Below, in pieces: positions 1-8,881 of a stretch of 64,000 nt of DNA. Source of the stretch: a virus; IMG/VR virus record IMGVR_UViG_3300028394_000040; one strand, given 5' to 3'. Under the pieces are notes generated by a model that saw only the letters and a program-made list of their open reading frames with translations, had not been told where the DNA came from and did no database searches. The stretch's first letter is position 1. Each line of letters begins with the position of its first letter. Position numbers and translations under genes: made by a program.

Positions 1-232
1 TATCTGATTGAAGTCTTCTAATTTTAAATATAGCTGCTACTAAAGCGGCTACTGTTATTACATTTGTTACTATTAAAACTATCATAATTTATTTTGTCTT
101 CGTTTTCTACGTTTATAAAGATGGATTAAAAATCCATAAAAAAATACAAAAGTAACTATAAATGCTGAACCGATAGTTATAAAAAATATCCATTCTAAAA
201 TATTTACAAGCATACTAGCAATCTGTTCCATT

Positions 233-472
233 TTATATACTAATTAAAGATTTTTTTATATTTTCCCAATGATCCTTAGTAAGAAGACTATTTTCTTGAC
301 TTGAATGAGAAGATTTAGAGTTGTCTTGTAAGTACTTAACTGTTAGTATAGCACTAGCTTTTACAAGTACAGTTAATGTTTCCTCATCTATACTTTCACC
401 TCCTAAGGAAGAAAGAATTGAATAATGCTCTCTAAGTAATTTTTCTGCTTGGTAATCGTATACTAATTTCAT
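233..472 (-). CDS. hypothetical protein
   Basis: 79-aa ORF in the minus-strand gene run; no recognisable motif. Confidence 0.5.
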   Translation of the reverse strand: MKLVYDYQAEKLLREHYSILSSLGGESIDEETLTVLVKASAILTVKYLQDNSKSSHSSQENSLLTKDHWENIKKSLISI

Positions 473-495
473 CTTATTTAAGTAGTTAAAGGTTT

Positions 496-1119
496 CTATT
501 TTATTTTAACATAGTAGCCCAAAGTTAAATATGGAGATATACCATAATTTTCATCTTGCCTCATAGACATTCCTGCTCCTACATGCAGCAAAGATTCATC
601 TTTAGATTTAAATAATAAATTAGCACCCCAGAAATTAAATAAGCCATTAAAATTAGTTGATGCACTAGCCCCGAAATAAATTTTAGAACGGTCTTGCATA
701 ACTACTATGTGATCTTTAGTAATAAATCTAGGAGTAATCTCTGCATGCCAATGCCTTCCTACGTGTCTGTTATAAGCTAAAGTATCCACAATAAATACCC
801 AACCTTGGTTATTAGGAAGTTTTATAGTTTCCTTATAGATATTTTTAGAATGGTACTTCTCTATAATAGCTAAAGTATCTATTGCTGTAGGAGGAGAAGG
901 AATTGTAACTATACTATACACAGGTACCTTAACTATCTTCGGTACTTTCTTTATCTTTACTCTAGTTACTACCTTATATACCGTATCCGGTTTAGGGTAT
1001 GGGATTTGTTTAATTATTTTAGCCTTACCATTAGTATAGGATGTTATTGTTATATACTTAGGCTTCTGAGCTAAAGCAGTTATGCTAACTAGCATCAATA
1101 ATAATATAAATTTTTTCAT
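496..1119 (-). CDS. secreted/envelope protein, possibly with C-terminal beta-strands
   Basis: N-terminal signal peptide MKKFILLLMLVSITALA; C-terminal alternating aromatic strands (PYLTLGYYVKIK). Confidence 0.55.
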   Translation of the reverse strand: MKKFILLLMLVSITALAQKPKYITITSYTNGKAKIIKQIPYPKPDTVYKVVTRVKIKKVPKIVKVPVYSIVTIPSPPTAIDTLAIIEKYHSKNIYKETIKLPNNQGWVFIVDTLAYNRHVGRHWHAEITPRFITKDHIVVMQDRSKIYFGASASTNFNGLFNFWGANLLFKSKDESLLHVGAGMSMRQDENYGISPYLTLGYYVKIK

Positions 1120-1123
1120 GATT

Positions 1124-1474
1124 TTATTTTGTTTTTTTAACAGTAGTTTTTTTCTTTACAGTCTTTTTAACTGCTCCTTTATTATAAGTTAATCCTGCAA
1201 CTAGGCCAGGAAGCCCTTCATTTAAAAATAAACGATAAGCATTAATAGTTTGAATCTTAGCCATTAAATCAATCTTATAGCATAAAGATTCAGCATTATA
1301 CTTTCTAGTACCTATTGTAACATAATCTAAATAAGAAGATGATAAAGCTTCATTCATTATAGCCCTCTTCATTTTCTCTCCACAAACATAAGCCGATGCT
1401 GTTACCTTAACGCCTACTTCAGAATCTGGTTTAGTTGATCTTATTTTATTCTCTGATGTTTTATATAACTCCAT
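1124..1474 (-). CDS. hypothetical protein with basic C-terminal tail
   Basis: ORF ends in KKTVKKKTTVKKTK. Confidence 0.5.
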   Translation of the reverse strand: MELYKTSENKIRSTKPDSEVGVKVTASAYVCGEKMKRAIMNEALSSSYLDYVTIGTRKYNAESLCYKIDLMAKIQTINAYRLFLNEGLPGLVAGLTYNKGAVKKTVKKKTTVKKTK

Positions 1475-1808
1475 TCTCTTCTTTAACTAAATTTAAAAAT
1501 TCTTTTAAGGCTTTTCTATTCTCAATAATAAAGTTCCTTGCTTGAGCGATACTAGTAAAGCCATTATCTACCATTTTAAGCCATACGTTAATCTCTGCAT
1601 CAGTATCATAATCCCCGATCTCTTCAGATAACTCGATCATCCTTTTAAGAAAGATCTGCCTTCGATCAAAGGAAGATAAGTCTCTTCTATCATCAAAGAT
1701 ACTTCTATCGCAATAATTACACCAATCTGTATTGTCTAGATCGATAACTTGATTACAATATTGACATGTTACAGTATTACTGGACATAATCCTCTTCGAA
1801 TAACTCAT
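1461..1808 (-). CDS. hypothetical zinc-ribbon protein
   Basis: CQYC...CNYC motif. Confidence 0.5.
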   Translation of the reverse strand: MSYSKRIMSSNTVTCQYCNQVIDLDNTDWCNYCDRSIFDDRRDLSSFDRRQIFLKRMIELSEEIGDYDTDAEINVWLKMVDNGFTSIAQARNFIIENRKALKEFLNLVKEENGVI

Positions 1809-2076
1809 GTGGGTTAACTAAAGCTAAAGCTGAAATAGCTTTATCATATTGCTTCCAAAACTCTTGCTCTGATATAGCTACATGAGAACAACCTACTACA
1901 CTAACAACAAAGTTTAATGAAGTTGTAATAGTAATCTCTGCCGGAAGCTGAGAACGAAAAGAAGGACGAAAGTTTACTCTTAAGACTGAATCATTAACGG
2001 TATCTAAAGCGACATAGTCGAATATAGTACCTGATACTAGAAGGTTTTTGCCGAAGCGAGTGTAATTTGATTTCAT
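1777..2076 (-). CDS. hypothetical protein
   Basis: 99-aa ORF with an A-rich upstream region. Confidence 0.5.
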   Translation of the reverse strand: MKSNYTRFGKNLLVSGTIFDYVALDTVNDSVLRVNFRPSFRSQLPAEITITTSLNFVVSVVGCSHVAISEQEFWKQYDKAISALALVNPHELFEEDYVQ

Positions 2077-2249
2077 AACTTTTATTATTTAATTGATTAT
2101 TGTTTACTTAATACCTCCTATTGATATTGAAAGTATTGTCTGTAATCTGAAACATGGCAACCTCTTATGTTTTATTCTATACCTTAATGTATATACTATG
2201 TAGCAGAATAGCAACTAGAGCATAGAAAGATTTAACCTCCAAGACATAG

Positions 2250-2420
2250 TTAATACTCCAGGTAACTACCCGTAGAGTACCCCCGCGGAAGCATTGTGTA
2301 TGTTAAACTTACCGGCCCTAGCGTTGGTGTTAGCGTCTCTAGCATTCCGAATGTGTATCCGTATACCGTATGCTCTACCCTAGCCGACTTAGCCTTCTTT
2401 TCTTTCTTTTTCTTAGCCAT
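2250..2420 (-). CDS. small hypothetical protein (56 aa, not in ORF track)
   Basis: hand translation MAKKKKEKKAKSARVEHTVYGYTFGMLETLTPTLGPVSLTYTMLPRGYSTGSYLEY*. Confidence 0.35.
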   Translation of the reverse strand: MAKKKKEKKAKSARVEHTVYGYTFGMLETLTPTLGPVSLTYTMLPRGYSTGSYLEY

Positions 2421-2496
2421 AACTATGTAAATTATAAGAGAATATATATATAGAATCGCGAGCCTCGCCTAAATGGTTTGCGCCCCCCCTTTCCGT

Positions 2497-3219
2497 TTAG
2501 AAGTTATAAGTTATTATATCGTCATCCTTCGTTATAAGGATAGCAGTTTTAGACTCTACCCAATCCCCGGAGTTAAGATAATGAACTCCATTTAATACTT
2601 TATTATCTGCAGTATGAATATGTCCACAAATTGCTCCTTCACAGTTTCTTTGCTTAGCTATTCTGCATGCATTTTCTTCAAAGTTATTTATAAACGATAC
2701 TGCTTGTTTAACTCTATGTTTGATTTGCCTGGATATAGAAAGGTACGGTTTTCCTCGTAGTTTTCGATACCTGTTGTAAAAAGTGTTAATAGATAAAGCT
2801 AAGTCATATCCTATCGATCCTAATTTGGCAACCCATTTCCATGTTGAACTAAATACATCTAGGATATCTCCATGAAATACTAGATAGTTCTTTGATCCTA
2901 TTTTAAGCTTATAGTCTTCTAAAATTTCTATATTACCTTTTATAGATACTTTAAAAAAATCTTTAATAAAATCATCATGATTACCTCTAAGGTAAATAAG
3001 CTTAGTATTTTTCGAAATAGTTAAGAGCTTCTTAATAACTTTAGTGTGTTGCTTTCTCCATTTGCTCCCTCTTTCTAAAGCCCAAGCATCTATAATATCT
3101 CCATTTAATATTAAAGTATTACAAGAGTAATTATCTAAGAACTCAATAAATTCTTTAGCCTGACTGTCTTTAGTTCCTAAATGAATATCAGATACTATAA
3201 TTGTTTTATACTTGGTCAT
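2497..3219 (-). CDS. LpxH/PlcP-like metallophosphoesterase (UDP-2,3-diacylglucosamine hydrolase family)
   Basis: SDIHLG, GDIIDAW, GNHD, HGD, GHIH and NSGDWVES motifs. Confidence 0.85.
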   Translation of the reverse strand: MTKYKTIIVSDIHLGTKDSQAKEFIEFLDNYSCNTLILNGDIIDAWALERGSKWRKQHTKVIKKLLTISKNTKLIYLRGNHDDFIKDFFKVSIKGNIEILEDYKLKIGSKNYLVFHGDILDVFSSTWKWVAKLGSIGYDLALSINTFYNRYRKLRGKPYLSISRQIKHRVKQAVSFINNFEENACRIAKQRNCEGAICGHIHTADNKVLNGVHYLNSGDWVESKTAILITKDDDIITYNF

Positions 3220-4210
3220 ATAGTACGTTTTCTATTGCTTGTAGTACTTCTTCGTCTGTTGATATTTTAAAATCATTCTGAATACCTGATTCAAATGTTT
3301 TATATAGGAAATGTTCTAAATATACTGGAGCTAATGTACCTTTATAACCATTAGGAAATCTACTTGCTGCAGTTGCATTACATTCCTGTTCATATTGTCC
3401 TTTAATTGGTATTGTTAGTACAGGTTTATTTAAGTATAATGCTTCAGCTACTGTTTCAAATCCACCACCTGTAATTACTCCCCTACATTGTAGCAAAGCA
3501 TACATAAATTCAGATTGATTAGCTGATCTAAATTTAACATTTGAGTTATTCCAGCCTGGTTTGTCTATTTGAGATGAGAATATCACAAATTTAAAATCCT
3601 TATATTTGCTAAATATATTAACTAAGTCTTCTACTTTATATGCTGATAAGTAAACTAATATGTAATTTTTACGTTCAGTTTTATCTTTATTATCACGTAT
3701 AACACTTCTGATGTGAGGTGCTAATATAAAGTCATCATACTTATCAAAATGGAATCCAACATTATATTTACACGGAGCGTAATTCTTTAATATCCATTCA
3801 GCCATATGATCTATTTTATATGGTCGAGGAGTATTCTTAGATAAGAACGCAGCATGATGAGATAAGGATAGGGACTTTACTACTCTTAACTTAGCAGCAT
3901 ATGCTGATATAGGTTCAAAATCAGATATAACTAAGTCGTACTGTGTAACATCTAATGTGAATATGTTTTTTATAAACTCTAATACATTAAGCTGTCTAAA
4001 TGTCTTCCAGTAGCTAACCTTTCCGGAACTATACACAAAGGTAAATCCTTTGAAACGGTATTTTATTTTATATCCAATATCGATAGGATTCATTTCTCCG
4101 GATACTAAAATATCTACTTCATGATGTTGTAATAACGGTAAGATAGAAATTGCACGTGAAGCGTGTCCATAACCGGTACCGTTAAAAGCATATAAAATCT
4201 TTAGACTCAT
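3206..4210 (-). CDS. GT-B glycosyltransferase, MJ1255/VC2487-like family
   Basis: GTGYGHASR, ISDFEP, GGGFETVAEALYLNKP, GQYEQECNA. Confidence 0.85.
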   Translation of the reverse strand: MSLKILYAFNGTGYGHASRAISILPLLQHHEVDILVSGEMNPIDIGYKIKYRFKGFTFVYSSGKVSYWKTFRQLNVLEFIKNIFTLDVTQYDLVISDFEPISAYAAKLRVVKSLSLSHHAAFLSKNTPRPYKIDHMAEWILKNYAPCKYNVGFHFDKYDDFILAPHIRSVIRDNKDKTERKNYILVYLSAYKVEDLVNIFSKYKDFKFVIFSSQIDKPGWNNSNVKFRSANQSEFMYALLQCRGVITGGGFETVAEALYLNKPVLTIPIKGQYEQECNATAASRFPNGYKGTLAPVYLEHFLYKTFESGIQNDFKISTDEEVLQAIENVLYDQV

Positions 4211-4225
4211 AAAGTTTAATGTTAA

Positions 4226-4438
4226 TTAATTACCTTCTTCCTCTATTATTCCTTGCTCTTCCTCATTCCACTGCACTGTCCCCGTAGTATCCCCTAAAGG
4301 TAAAGTAAAGACAACAAACCCCTTACTGTAATGAGGCTTCTCTACAGGTTTTTCTTTTTTGAATATAGTTGCTATAACAGGAGAAAAAAGGAGAAGTAAT
4401 GATACTATAAACAAACAGCCTTTTAAGAATTTTCTCAT
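4226..4438 (-). CDS. small membrane protein
   Basis: N-terminal hydrophobic helix. Confidence 0.45.
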   Translation of the reverse strand: MRKFLKGCLFIVSLLLLFSPVIATIFKKEKPVEKPHYSKGFVVFTLPLGDTTGTVQWNEEEQGIIEEEGN

Positions 4439-4443
4439 ACCTT

Positions 4444-4716
4444 TTAATCTAGTTTAATGTACTTTACTTTATTATAATTTCTGATGTAGTTTAGCCTTGT
4501 CTTTTCTTCTGAAATTGCAGCTAAGGCTTGTTCTTTAGTCAACAATTGATAATTAGCTAAAGGAACCCATTCTTTCAATATACCGCTTGCTTTCTTTTTT
4601 ACAAATGGAATGTAAATAGTCCTATCTCCGTAGACTCTAACTTCGATTCTAAATTTATCTCTTGCATCGGAGGTAATTACTATACCTAAAAGAAACATTA
4701 CTATTAATTTTTTCAT
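4444..4716 (-). CDS. small secreted protein
   Basis: signal-peptide-like N-terminus. Confidence 0.45.
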   Translation of the reverse strand: MKKLIVMFLLGIVITSDARDKFRIEVRVYGDRTIYIPFVKKKASGILKEWVPLANYQLLTKEQALAAISEEKTRLNYIRNYNKVKYIKLD

Positions 4717-4736
4717 AACTTTTTAAATTTAATTTA

Positions 4737-4967
4737 TTAATTTTTGTTAAATAACCTTTTAATACTATCCGATAACTCGAAATATAAAGGTACTAATATT
4801 ACTAAAGATACTATTGAAATAATAGGGAAAAAAACTATAGCCCAAGAAATATCTATACCCCATTCTAATTTTACTATTGCTAATATTACAGATGGAACAA
4901 AAGTAACTATAATAAAAAAATCAGCTCCGCTATTAACAGTTTCTTTAATTTTATTTTCCTTTTTCAT
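4737..4967 (-). CDS. small two-TM membrane protein
   Basis: two hydrophobic segments linked by KLEWGIDISW. Confidence 0.5.
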   Translation of the reverse strand: MKKENKIKETVNSGADFFIIVTFVPSVILAIVKLEWGIDISWAIVFFPIISIVSLVILVPLYFELSDSIKRLFNKN

Positions 4968-4981
4968 ACCTATTTTTTTAG

Positions 4982-5078
4982 TAGCCAGGACAGGATTCGA
5001 ACCTATACCGCGGCAAGTGAATAGTACTGACCTTTCGGTTACTCCCGTTTCCGCTTTCTACCATTAAACTACCTGACT
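4982..5078 (-). ncRNA. tRNA-like RNA lacking a canonical anticodon loop (97 nt)
   Basis: acceptor AGTCAGG/CCTGGCT; D-arm-like TAGTTTAATGGTAGAA; T-arm ATAGG-TTCGAAT-CCTGT; anticodon arm replaced by a long GCGG..CCGC stem containing ACC-GAAA-GGT. Confidence 0.7.
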
Positions 5079-5080
5079 AT

Positions 5081-5190
5081 GTACGGGTCTCTCCCCGTTC
5101 GTCACCACTCGCATTTTGGCCATCAATTTGAATTTGCTTCCGAAAAGCTTTTTCTCTTATCTATTATAGCTGCGACCGTGGTTCTCACTA
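5081..5190 (-). ncRNA. putative structured RNA between the two tRNA-like elements
   Basis: CCAC-gg-TCGCA/TGCGA-GTGG pairing; ACGGG-GAGAGA-CCCGT hairpin; GC-richer non-coding gap. Confidence 0.4.
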
Positions 5191-5194
5191 CTCG

Positions 5195-5328
5195 TAGTCA
5201 GGACAGGATTCGAACCTGCACAGTCTCAAGAGTTGACATTGCTTGATGCATCAAGGAGACTTCCGGCATTTTACTCTAGTAGCGTCTACCGTCGGCAGGG
5301 ATCCCCCTACCCATTCCGCCACCTGACT
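5195..5328 (-). ncRNA. tRNA-like RNA (Leu-like D arm) with insertions and no clear anticodon (134 nt)
   Basis: acceptor AGTCAGG/CCTGACT; TGGCGGAATGG...GGTAGACGC D arm with inserted GTAGGG-GGAT-CCCTGC hairpin; T-arm GCAGG-TTCGAAT-CCTGT. Confidence 0.7.
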
Positions 5329-5331
5329 GTT

Positions 5332-5997
5332 TTACTCTACTCTTTTAATATGATGATCAAATTCAAATCCAGAAGCTATAGGTTGATAGTGCATCTTATT
5401 AATAACCTTTTTAATATTAATCGGATCTAAATCATTACCATCTACCCCTACGTCCATCATTTTACCTTTGCCCATTCTTTTATTAGGAGGTAAGTGAACA
5501 TGACCATGAAGATGTATTACCTTATCATTCATTTTATTCCAAGACATTAACGGGTAATGCATTAACACAAAATTAGCTTCAAAAGTATCATGCATTTGAT
5601 CCATTTTTTTAGCTCCATTCTTCTTTACTTCTAATTCTAAGTACTGATGTACTGAAGAGAATAAACCTCTTATACCTTCTCTGTCTCTATCTATATGGTG
5701 ATCATGGTTACCTAGTACTAGATGAATATTCTTACAGCTGATTCTATTTCGGAACTGCTCTATCATTTCAAAACCTCCAAATGACCAATCACCTAAATGA
5801 AATAAAATATCATCCTGACCTACTAGAGAATTGAGTCCGTTAACGATTCGATCATTCATCTGATCTAATGTCTTAAAATCTCTAGTAATATCATCTGCAT
5901 CTACCCAATTCGTTACTCCTCTACAGATATTTTTATGCATGTAGTGAGTATCTGAAGTAAAAAATAGTTGCTGATTAGGCTCTAATTTGATTTTCAT
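5332..5997 (-). CDS. calcineurin-like metallophosphoesterase
   Basis: SDTH, LGD, GNHD, HYP and HGHVH motifs. Confidence 0.85.
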   Translation of the reverse strand: MKIKLEPNQQLFFTSDTHYMHKNICRGVTNWVDADDITRDFKTLDQMNDRIVNGLNSLVGQDDILFHLGDWSFGGFEMIEQFRNRISCKNIHLVLGNHDHHIDRDREGIRGLFSSVHQYLELEVKKNGAKKMDQMHDTFEANFVLMHYPLMSWNKMNDKVIHLHGHVHLPPNKRMGKGKMMDVGVDGNDLDPINIKKVINKMHYQPIASGFEFDHHIKRVE

Positions 5998-6152
5998 CCT
6001 ATTTGATTTTTATCGTCTTCATCGAATCCGAATAAGTCGTTACCTTTATAATCAGGATGATTCGTATTCATGTAATCAAATCCACGTATCCATAACCAAA
6101 TAAATGGTGATGCTAATAATACAATAAGTCCAAATAATGCTAAAAGTTCCAT
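5994..6152 (-). CDS. small membrane protein (52 aa, not in ORF track)
   Basis: hand translation MELLALFGLIVLLASPFIWLWIRGFDYMNTNHPDYKGNDLFGFDEDDKNQIG*; ATGA overlap with the next gene. Confidence 0.55.
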   Translation of the reverse strand: MELLALFGLIVLLASPFIWLWIRGFDYMNTNHPDYKGNDLFGFDEDDKNQIG

Positions 6153-6156
6153 AAAA

Positions 6157-6390
6157 TTATATACCTATGTGATCATCTTCTCTAACAAACTCTTTCCATT
6201 TCTCTCCGTACTTTTGTTCAAAGTAATTATTGAAGTTCCCGTTAGGGCCATCTATAATACCATGCACATAAGCTTGCCTAAGCATCTCTCTCATTAAACG
6301 TCTAGCTTTAACTCTGTACTCATCAGTAGTGCTGGCCCATACTGCAGTCCAAACCTCTGCCATTTCATCAGGAGTAAAATTAGCTTTCAT
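6157..6390 (-). CDS. hypothetical protein
   Basis: ORF, ATGA-coupled to the upstream gene. Confidence 0.5.
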   Translation of the reverse strand: MKANFTPDEMAEVWTAVWASTTDEYRVKARRLMREMLRQAYVHGIIDGPNGNFNNYFEQKYGEKWKEFVREDDHIGI

Positions 6391-6665
6391 CGTGAAATTT
6401 TTTGAGTATTAGAATAAGGAACTACTATATTAGTCCTATACAAGTAAACAGGGCCATGATACTCAGAAGTAAACATTAGCTCATCGTTTTCAGTTATTTT
6501 AGCATAATGCCTAGTATTACCAGGAAGGCTTACTCTACGAGGTCCGTCAAAAGATCTAAACTCAGTTGCTATAACTCTAAACCAAGTATCTTTTATATAA
6601 ACCTCTAATACTCCTTCACATCTAAAGTCGTTAATTAGCTTACCAGTAAAACCTCTCTTTTCCAT
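6387..6665 (-). CDS. hypothetical protein
   Basis: 92-aa ORF. Confidence 0.55.
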   Translation of the reverse strand: MEKRGFTGKLINDFRCEGVLEVYIKDTWFRVIATEFRSFDGPRRVSLPGNTRHYAKITENDELMFTSEYHGPVYLYRTNIVVPYSNTQKISR

Positions 6666-6705
6666 AACCTTTATTTTTATTGTGACTAAATATAGATACT
6701 TAGGT

Positions 6706-8520
6706 TCAATTATGCAACAGTTCTTTAGACTTTTTTCTAGTTTCTTCTACGTCAAATAGCTCCTCGTATTGTGCAAGCATAGCTTCTACTACTGGATGTC
6801 TGTGATTAGTTTTTAACATTATAGTCTCTACATCCTTTACTTTCTTAGATACCGTTAATAAGAATCTAAAACCGCTTTCGTTTTTATACTTTAAATCTAC
6901 TTGAGCTGTATCTCCACAAATAATCATCTTACTCCTAACTCCTAATCTAGATATAATCATGCTCATTTGTTCGTTAGTACAGTTTTGAGCTTCATCTACT
7001 ATTACTATAGAATCTAAAAAAGTATTATGGGTTACCTGACAGTTATCTGTTATATATAGCGAATCTTCTGCTGATACTGATATACACTGTGTCTCTTCAA
7101 AGGAGTATTCTTCAATAGAGACTATTCTTCTAGAAGGTTTTTCCCTAACTTCAAATAAAGATGCTTTTCGTTCTAAAGAGAAAGGATTAAATGCTTCAGG
7201 CATTCTTATCGACAGGTTGTAGCAATCGTGGTTGTAGTTTCTTCCGTACTTATCTACAGTTCCTGCAATTTTATTTAAAGCTACCTTTACTGTACCCCCT
7301 AAAGATTCTACTAAGAATTTTACTCCTTCAGCTAGCTTGTCTGAGATAGTATAGTAATGAGCAACAGAAGAGGTTTTTCTTTTAGTATGTGCACCTCCTG
7401 AGAATATACTCCCATCTGTATCCATAAGACCTCTAAGAAGATCTAATCTTTGCTGGATAGAACCTAGTAGGTATACTCCAGGGATAAACTTTGTTAAAGA
7501 AGAAGTACCTATTAGCTCTAATTCATCTAGTAAATTATAAAGGTTATTTTTAGCGTGACTAGATCTTACTACCTTACCGATGCCGTAATCATATAACGAA
7601 CCTACTCTCTTCTTTATAACAGTACCTTCAGGAAGAAGCTCTTGTACTTTGTCGATAAGCTCTGTATCTGCACTACAGAACGATATTCCTCCTCTTATAC
7701 ATCCATCTCCTAATAATAGTCCTAGAAGGTAAGGGCTAAGCGTTAGCTGCTTCTCTTTAAAATCTACAGCCTCTACCATTGGAAGAGACCATTTCTTTTT
7801 GTTAGTACCTGGTTGAAATATTTGCTCTTTTAACTCTAGAGTAGATTTTACTATCTTTGATTTGATTAACGGTTTGTTTGTATCTGTTACCTCCCATAAG
7901 TGATTTCCAGAAGCAAGTACCGATGAACCATCTGTAAAGCTGATCTTGTATACCTGCTCTGTACCCTGAGGAAATACTCCGGTAATCTTACATGGCTTTC
8001 CGTTTCTTCCTATAACCTCTTCACCTACTTGAAGGCTTCCCATTTCTTTCCATCCTTCAGGGGTTAGCACCTTACTATGTAAAGGCTGAGCTCTTCCACG
8101 CATGAAGGCTACAGGAACTATCTCTACTGTTTCATCTTTAATAATGCCGTCTATCTTATCTTTATTATAAAGCTGATAAAAGTTAGAGTAGATTGGTTGC
8201 ATCCAAGGTTGCATTTTATCTTTTAAGTCTCCTGGAAGGAATCCTATCTCTTCTCTTGAAACTGTAGGACGAGTTACTACTATCTTCTTTACTTGCTTTT
8301 TAAATAACATATCTAAAGCAACGTTACAAGCTAGTAATGTCTTACCACTTCCTGCCTGTCCTGAAAGTATAGATACAGTTGTGTTAAGGATTATTTCTTT
8401 TGCTGCTTTTTGTTCTTCGTTAAGTTGTAATTGAAATTTAATAGGTGCTTTTTTGTTTGCTTTCTCTTCTCTAATTTGTTCGGTAATTGAATCGAACTTC
8501 TCTGATCTATTTTCAGCCAT
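6706..8520 (-). CDS. phoH: PhoH-family ATPase interrupted by an intein
   Basis: Walker A GQAGSGKT; TRP, EIGFLPGDL, FMRGR|TF, DEAQN and GDTAQVDL motifs. Confidence 0.93.
   Translation of the reverse strand: MAENRSEKFDSITEQIREEKANKKAPIKFQLQLNEEQKAAKEIILNTTVSILSGQAGSGKTLLACNVALDMLFKKQVKKIVVTRPTVSREEIGFLPGDLKDKMQPWMQPIYSNFYQLYNKDKIDGIIKDETVEIVPVAFMRGRAQPLHSKVLTPEGWKEMGSLQVGEEVIGRNGKPCKITGVFPQGTEQVYKISFTDGSSVLASGNHLWEVTDTNKPLIKSKIVKSTLELKEQIFQPGTNKKKWSLPMVEAVDFKEKQLTLSPYLLGLLLGDGCIRGGISFCSADTELIDKVQELLPEGTVIKKRVGSLYDYGIGKVVRSSHAKNNLYNLLDELELIGTSSLTKFIPGVYLLGSIQQRLDLLRGLMDTDGSIFSGGAHTKRKTSSVAHYYTISDKLAEGVKFLVESLGGTVKVALNKIAGTVDKYGRNYNHDCYNLSIRMPEAFNPFSLERKASLFEVREKPSRRIVSIEEYSFEETQCISVSAEDSLYITDNCQVTHNTFLDSIVIVDEAQNCTNEQMSMIISRLGVRSKMIICGDTAQVDLKYKNESGFRFLLTVSKKVKDVETIMLKTNHRHPVVEAMLAQYEELFDVEETRKKSKELLHN
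7024..8091 (-). mobile_element. intein with LAGLIDADG homing endonuclease (356 aa, Ala-start, class 3-like)
   Basis: begins AQPLHSKVLTPEGW and ends VTHN|T; LAGLIDADG blocks LLGLLLGDG and LLRGLMDTDG. Confidence 0.92.
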
Positions 8521-8631
8521 GTAACAGTTATTTAGTATAAATACTATAAGGTGTACTTTTAAACGAGCTTAATGCCGTATTTCTCTTCTATATAAGCTTT
8601 AAATTCTGCAGCTCTTTCTTTAGTATACTTC

Positions 8632-8859
8632 CTAGATCTTTTCATCGCCAATTCCTAAATCATCTTCAGTAGTTGTTATTTCTGAATAGTCCATATCTTC
8701 TAGAGCATGAATTATTTTATTTCTATCTGTTGTTGGTCGTAGAGTAATTATAGCTCCTGCTTGAGCTTTCTCTCTTTCGTCTTCTAAACTATCAAAATAA
8801 GATAGTACCTTATTAAAGTGATAGTCCTTACCGGACATTTCTTTTATAGAATTTTTCAT
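8632..8859 (-). CDS. hypothetical protein
   Basis: ORF preceded by the TATTTAT motif. Confidence 0.5.
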   Translation of the reverse strand: MKNSIKEMSGKDYHFNKVLSYFDSLEDEREKAQAGAIITLRPTTDRNKIIHALEDMDYSEITTTEDDLGIGDEKI

Positions 8860-8881
8860 AATTCTTTATTAATAAATATTA

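Noticed and set aside
4744-5430. Plus-strand ORFs 4744..5067 and 5233..5430
   Set aside because: Antisense to minus-strand genes and tRNA-like RNAs; no motifs
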